Positions 59,801 through 64,000 of a stretch of DNA of 64,000 bases are shown here, piece after piece. Position numbers and translations under genes: made by a program. The notes beneath the pieces were generated by a model. It was not told where the DNA came from. It did no database searches and saw only the letters and a program-made list of their open reading frames with translations. Origin of the DNA: a virus; the IMG/VR virus record IMGVR_UViG_3300020048_000036, positions 1 to 64,000 of that record. One strand, 5' to 3'. The first letter of the stretch is position 1; every line of letters begins with the position of its first letter.

Positions 59801-62293
59801 CCTACTTTAACAGGGGAAGCGTTAAATAATGAAATCCTAGCTGAATATATTGGTAGGGTAGGTTCAGAACTTATACAGAACCAAAAAAATCCCGCACTAA
59901 CAAAATGGCTAAGTGATTTATGGAATTTTGTAAAGAAATCCTTGGGTATTTTTGACAAAAACTTTGACCTAAACAACGCTACAATAAGGGATTTTGCGGA
60001 AGCAATGAGTATATCTACACTTAGAGGAGATAACGTAGCAGAACAGGCTCAAAACTACTTTGGAAGGGTTGCCGACAGACTTCCCCTAACCCTAGCGGTG
60101 TTCAATACAAAACCTTTCCAAGACTTAATAGGAAAACAAGTAAATCCAGTTACAATACAACAACTCCTAAACCAATCAGGAATAAAACAAATAGAAAAAG
60201 ACCTGATTAACCAAATAATCACAGACAACTACACTGGACAAAAGAAAATAGACTACAACGAACTAGAAGCAACGGTAAGGGCTAATATAATGCCATTAGA
60301 AAGGGTTATCACATCATCCTACGCTAATTATGGTATGAAAAATCTAGGTGATGGTAATTACGGTGATGCAAACACGCTTATCCTTAACGCACCTATAGAA
60401 CATGGAATTACAGGTCACTTTTCGGATGCATTCAAAGCCAGTGGTCGTAAAAACATCAAATACATACCTAAGCAATTAAACGACAATACTTGGGTAGCAG
60501 TAGAGGAAGGGTATGAAAGCCAAGCAAACAATAACAATATTTATCAGTTTGTAGGTACTGCTGGAACAAAAGAAGCTGTTGATAATTGGATTAATAACTA
60601 TGATGGAATAAAATATATTAAAATTGAAGAAGGAGTAAAAGTAAGGTATGAAGATAGCAGGGGGGTAATGCGAGATGCAACAGTGGTGTCTATATCCGAT
60701 AACAACGTAAAAGTAATAAATATAGTAGATGGTGAGTTTTACGAAGCGGATATATCAAATTTTAGACCTATTGGTTTAGATGCTGTACAAGAAATAAACA
60801 AAGGCATGTTTGGTCATATCCGTGTATGGCAAGACAATACAGATTTCTATGTAGCAGAGCTTCAATCGGACTACTTTCAAAAATATAATGCGAGGAAAGA
60901 GTTTTTGGAAAATAATGAAGAGTTTAAAGAAATAAATAAAGAGTATAATACTCAAAAAGAAGAAATACAAGTTGATAAATTAAACTATAAACGACTTAAA
61001 GCAACAGAGGATGCGTTAGCTATTATAGAAAGTAATAGTAGAGTTAAAATTCAGCCTTATAAGTTGGAATTATACGATGGTACTTTAGACGAGGAATATT
61101 TATGGATTTTTGTTGATGGTAACCCTATAATTAAAGGCAGAGTAGCTACTAGTACTGGATATAGTACAGATTATCAAAGGGATTATTTGATAAAAGATAG
61201 AAACCTTGAATCTTTGTTTGAGTTGCTTGGGGAAGATTTCCAAGTTAGTTTCAACAAACAAATGCAAAAAAACCTTGATAATTTTGACCTTCAAGGGAAG
61301 TTATTAGAAAAAGAATACAACAAAAAAGTAGAAGCGTTACTAAGTGAATTACCACTACAACAAAAACAATTCATAGCATCCCAAAAAGAATGGGAAAAAC
61401 GTATGGTAAGGGAAGCTATAAAAGAAGCAGCATTATCAGGAGCAGAGACACTAAGGTTCCCTACACCATATACGTTAAGTGTTATTGAGGGTTATATTGA
61501 GGGTGCAAATGGTAGTGCTGTAGAGTTAGTAGGTACTAATGAGATAGGACAAGACGTTTACTATCTTGGTGAATTATATACTATAATGAATACTTACTAT
61601 GATGACAGTATAGACATTGCACCAGCAAATCAAGTAGATTCTGTGGATTTAGATACTTACATAGAATCAGAACAAGAGTTTAGGGTTGGTGATTATCTAT
61701 ATGAAATAACTGTTGGTAATACATATTCTTACAAAGAAGTTAAAAATTTATTTTCGGAAGCCCAACTTTACCTTGAAAATGAGTTAGAGAGTATAGCAGA
61801 AGAGCAGGGTATAGAAGTGGATGAAGCAAAATTAACCTTAACTCAAGGTATGGTTGATGATATTACGGAAGATATAAAAAGAAGTATTAAAGAGAATATA
61901 GATTATAGCCCTGAAAATTATTTTACCGATATGGGATATGATAATGTAGTGCTGTTTAATAATACTATTTATTATACTAGAGGTAGTGTTTCACTAGAAA
62001 ATGTATCTACTGCTACGAATCTTTCTGATAAAGATGATTTTACTATTGAAAGCCTAGATAACACCCAACAAACAGTAGCTAGAAAATATGAAGAGATAGC
62101 TGCAATTCTTACAAAAGAAAGGGGTGAAGATAATGTGGAAATTATAACAGATGATAACGGATTTGATTGGTATGAAACCAAGATACTATCATCGGAAACC
62201 CAAAACCCAGTTATAGCTTTTCAAAAATCAATTGACCAAGTTGTATCGGAAATGATTAGAAGCGGAGAAATTTCAGCAAACTGTAAATTATAG
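56819..62293 (+). CDS. Giant polyvalent virion protein (GNAT, VHDYFGH domain, second GNAT-like, zincin-like, HxR..ELQSD domain)
   Basis: VRVDKGNRKKGIGRELY; FRIVHDYFGH; AFDTFLPDYYTKFGF; DTPLHEVAGH...NEILAE; FGHIR...ELQSD. Confidence 0.75.
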   Translation: MACTIKRDENGIISVLAENGNKSLLYQSILKLPFTKSEEDALNYYQAALKYKGSDYLVDINNEPILMFASLSASNTLALPNKTVLTSSYTEALAQDKEQKGIEVGFLKKSKPLDLGQISDNNFFSKMRNISARTNGQVIGHNESGTILVSDPSTNNFKPITKVNPQAIDNTLGGFIQNLVSSNLIKAEKIPATNLQQEESTVVFKVFDMGNNDISVMAIEEGRKIGVLRLIKKGDIIQVREVRVDKGNRKKGIGRELYFTAREELGQDIYSDAFHSPEVIMLWESLVRDGFAEKIGPKTTPVTKRTEEVSKGVEAVRKIAAEYKKLNKIKGTAPLVVTALETTVSEEMAREYELVEDRPNNPEVKKSYAALIAETIAQYDFIVGKGLQVEKYLGKGEPYQDSKEMLEDLRTNNTLKFLPNDEAFGEGAEIYKDSIGLQPSGRFLADGYQLTNSEVFRIVHDYFGHGILGNQFGAIGEENATLQHLDLYSDEAKPAVVFQTRGQNSWVNFSGENKEVFSMFAEAKKLKNEGKSEEAKKVLDKAREAFKFAKPKEGIFKNKYNFKKYDTARRIREQEQIERANDARTNESNDLRNSLPIISKNNVTTRGINRRNRQGNTKIQSHVLKNVTEVSLSSEAQEAIKKAFPKITTFPKIFEIKDGAVYRDLQIKGLEGVPMSSSVTIHSTEEYNTMRMFVTEDGYTGITITKDGHLGGAFSSEKSGRSADLAQLMVIGVKEGATNAEAFDTFLPDYYTKFGFKAVSTVAFNEEVAEGNGWNYEEYKGYNNGKPDIVHFIYDGGDRATIEERLDQFDTYSDYQKEEVKKFDKNSYDESYKYMEVEVVKRYNFEKEQNRTGYKLTSVPSDIKFQTSTVEEVVQEEVIDEVIGRLKSAGLTSNIFQLSQEEITQKLEQLGSTPVNSISKGFIVTENGQKNVYLNKDTMTLDTPLHEVAGHAMLDFVKVKARNIYDRGMTLVSQELRKENSSIQDVIDYVRTTQPTLTGEALNNEILAEYIGRVGSELIQNQKNPALTKWLSDLWNFVKKSLGIFDKNFDLNNATIRDFAEAMSISTLRGDNVAEQAQNYFGRVADRLPLTLAVFNTKPFQDLIGKQVNPVTIQQLLNQSGIKQIEKDLINQIITDNYTGQKKIDYNELEATVRANIMPLERVITSSYANYGMKNLGDGNYGDANTLILNAPIEHGITGHFSDAFKASGRKNIKYIPKQLNDNTWVAVEEGYESQANNNNIYQFVGTAGTKEAVDNWINNYDGIKYIKIEEGVKVRYEDSRGVMRDATVVSISDNNVKVINIVDGEFYEADISNFRPIGLDAVQEINKGMFGHIRVWQDNTDFYVAELQSDYFQKYNARKEFLENNEEFKEINKEYNTQKEEIQVDKLNYKRLKATEDALAIIESNSRVKIQPYKLELYDGTLDEEYLWIFVDGNPIIKGRVATSTGYSTDYQRDYLIKDRNLESLFELLGEDFQVSFNKQMQKNLDNFDLQGKLLEKEYNKKVEALLSELPLQQKQFIASQKEWEKRMVREAIKEAALSGAETLRFPTPYTLSVIEGYIEGANGSAVELVGTNEIGQDVYYLGELYTIMNTYYDDSIDIAPANQVDSVDLDTYIESEQEFRVGDYLYEITVGNTYSYKEVKNLFSEAQLYLENELESIAEEQGIEVDEAKLTLTQGMVDDITEDIKRSIKENIDYSPENYFTDMGYDNVVLFNNTIYYTRGSVSLENVSTATNLSDKDDFTIESLDNTQQTVARKYEEIAAILTKERGEDNVEIITDDNGFDWYETKILSSETQNPVIAFQKSIDQVVSEMIRSGEISANCKL

Positions 62294-62296
62294 ATT

Positions 62297-62344
62297 ATGG
62301 GATGTGGATGTAGTAAACCTAAAAAACCAAAACCAAAGAAGTAA
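62297..62344 (+). CDS. 15-aa micro-ORF MGCGCSKPKKPKPKK
   Basis: fills the gap between two giant genes: starts 3 nt after one stop and ends 1 nt before the next ATG. Confidence 0.55.
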   Translation: MGCGCSKPKKPKPKK

Positions 62345-62345
62345 C

Positions 62346-64000
62346 ATGGCGTGTACTTATAATTTCAAAGGAATAGAATATAATACAAAGAAACAACTTG
62401 CTGATGCAGTTGCACTTGAATTTACTAACACTACAACATCACCTAACAAAATGATGTTTGAGGTTAATGGTAAGGTAGGTGAAAACGAAGCAAGACTTTC
62501 CGCAAGAAACAGGTTCGGAACAGACGAATTTCTTACTTTTGTAGAAAAAGAAGATAAAACGTATATGTTAGTAGATGAACGTCTGTTTAACGAGCAGACA
62601 GGTTCACAACGTCTAATATACAATGACCAAGGACAACTTGTAGAAGTGGATATTGATGAAATGATTAACAAGATGAACAGAGGTCAATTAAAAAACATCA
62701 ACGGCTCACTTTATGATACAATCCAAGCAAGGATAGCGGATAAAATGATAAAATCCGCAAAGGAAGAGTTAAAGAACGAGCAAGAAGGAACTACCCAAGA
62801 TTTAATGGATAGCCTTGCAGATTTTGCAGCTAACATGGGGATAACCGTAACAACCCTTGAAGAGTACAAAGCTAGTTATGAGGAACGTAACGGTATTCCA
62901 ATAACCACCCAAGCACTAGCAGATATATTCAACAAAACCATTGCATTAGGTGAGAACGCTACATTAGAGGACTTTACGGAAGAAATAGCCCACTTCGCAG
63001 TTAAATATTATAAGAACCAAGATGAACTTACACGCCTATTAGAAAAGGTAAACCAAACAGGTACCTACCAAAGATACGCAGAACAATATAGGACTGCTTA
63101 CTCAAAGGACTATTCAGGTGAAGCACTTGAAAATAAAGTACGTGAGGAAGTGTTAGGTAAACTTTGGGCAGAGAATATATTAAATAACTACAACACACAA
63201 AACAAAGGTCTTAACGAAACTGGAATCATAAATAAATTACAAGAGCTTTTTAATAGGTTCTTGGATTTGTTCCGCATTACAGATAGTAACCAAGCGTTTT
63301 TTAGGGAATTTGGCAAGACACTAGATAATCTAGCACAACAAACCACGTCCAAAAGGTACGAAAGTTTTTCACCTGTTGATTCTAAAGAAGTATACTATAG
63401 CCTTTCCGCAGAACAAAAGAGCGTAGAAAAGAGTTTAACTAATATACATGGAGATTTAGTTAATAAATATAAAGCAATACACAAAGATAACAAATCTTTA
63501 TTAAGGGACAGGAACACAAGACTTGCCGAAATAGCAGATAACATTAAAAACGCTTTTTACCTAAAAGCCATACAACGTGTTATAGCTATGGAAACAGATG
63601 ACATGCGAAAAGCCTTTAACGCATTAAGTAATGCTAGGATTGCAGTAGAGGAAATCTTGGACAAAAAGAAACAACTAGAAGGTTCCACATATGTAGCCCC
63701 AACCCAAGAAGAAAAGAGTAACATGATTGCCAAGGAACTAGGGGACGTTAATATAGCTAACCTAACCGTATTTAACCGTAATGTAGATGAGGTAATAGGC
63801 AAGTTACGTGCGGATATAGATTTTATCGCCAAAAACGATAAAAATATTAAGAGGGAAGACATAGCTTCCGTAAACCGCAGTCTTGAATCATTGGCTAGGT
63901 TGAAAGGTGAAGTTGGTCCAGATTTGCTTAGTATGCAACGCAATCTCGTGTACAACCTTATTTTGAAGAACTACCTTAATGAAGGTATAAGCATGGAACT
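62346..64000 (+). CDS. Giant virion protein, N-terminal part only (runs off the window); zincin-like motif; may be an RNA polymerase subunit
   Basis: open from ATG 62346 to the window end; MACTYNFKG start; TEEIAHF...REEVLGK. Confidence 0.75.
   Translation, partial: MACTYNFKGIEYNTKKQLADAVALEFTNTTTSPNKMMFEVNGKVGENEARLSARNRFGTDEFLTFVEKEDKTYMLVDERLFNEQTGSQRLIYNDQGQLVEVDIDEMINKMNRGQLKNINGSLYDTIQARIADKMIKSAKEELKNEQEGTTQDLMDSLADFAANMGITVTTLEEYKASYEERNGIPITTQALADIFNKTIALGENATLEDFTEEIAHFAVKYYKNQDELTRLLEKVNQTGTYQRYAEQYRTAYSKDYSGEALENKVREEVLGKLWAENILNNYNTQNKGLNETGIINKLQELFNRFLDLFRITDSNQAFFREFGKTLDNLAQQTTSKRYESFSPVDSKEVYYSLSAEQKSVEKSLTNIHGDLVNKYKAIHKDNKSLLRDRNTRLAEIADNIKNAFYLKAIQRVIAMETDDMRKAFNALSNARIAVEEILDKKKQLEGSTYVAPTQEEKSNMIAKELGDVNIANLTVFNRNVDEVIGKLRADIDFIAKNDKNIKREDIASVNRSLESLARLKGEVGPDLLSMQRNLVYNLILKNYLNEGISME

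Noticed and set aside
50896-62293. Virion RNA polymerase catalytic subunit
   Set aside because: No DFDID/DxDGD-type motif seen in either complete giant ORF; it may lie in or beyond the truncated 62346 gene
10699-64000. Stop-codon reassignment (TAG or TGA), as in some crAss-like phages
   Set aside because: Conserved genes are uninterrupted in code 11, and TAG terminates genes such as groES where readthrough would be implausible
1-64000. tRNA, rRNA, introns or inteins
   Set aside because: No T-loop/cloverleaf pattern seen; terL, recA and MCP are contiguous and of ordinary size

Overview
A 64-kb segment of a crAss-like (Crassvirales-type, phi14:2-like) phage genome, host probably Bacteroidota (TTTGG-N19-TAnnTTTR promoters, A-rich leaders without Shine-Dalgarno). 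1-10.3 kb holds mostly minus-strand small early genes plus GroES, a DEDD exonuclease, a GIY-YIG-like nuclease and RecA. 10.26-10.70 kb is a non-coding divergent switch (palindrome, DnaA-box-like repeats, G-tract). 10.7-64 kb is the plus-strand virion module: terminase, portal, scaffold-like protein, major capsid, ring/adaptor proteins, auxiliary capsid protein, fibres, holin-like genes, muzzle/tail protein and large cargo/ejection proteins (last one truncated). Top findings: (1) a solo tnpB with an intact RuvC triad whose guide region matches a phage promoter element repeated upstream of structural operons, with a 15/15 match at the portal promoter; (2) about 6,200 aa of ejection proteins whose only cysteines lie at the termini, with a 15-aa CxC micro-ORF between two of them. 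No database searches were run; family calls come from motifs and gene order.
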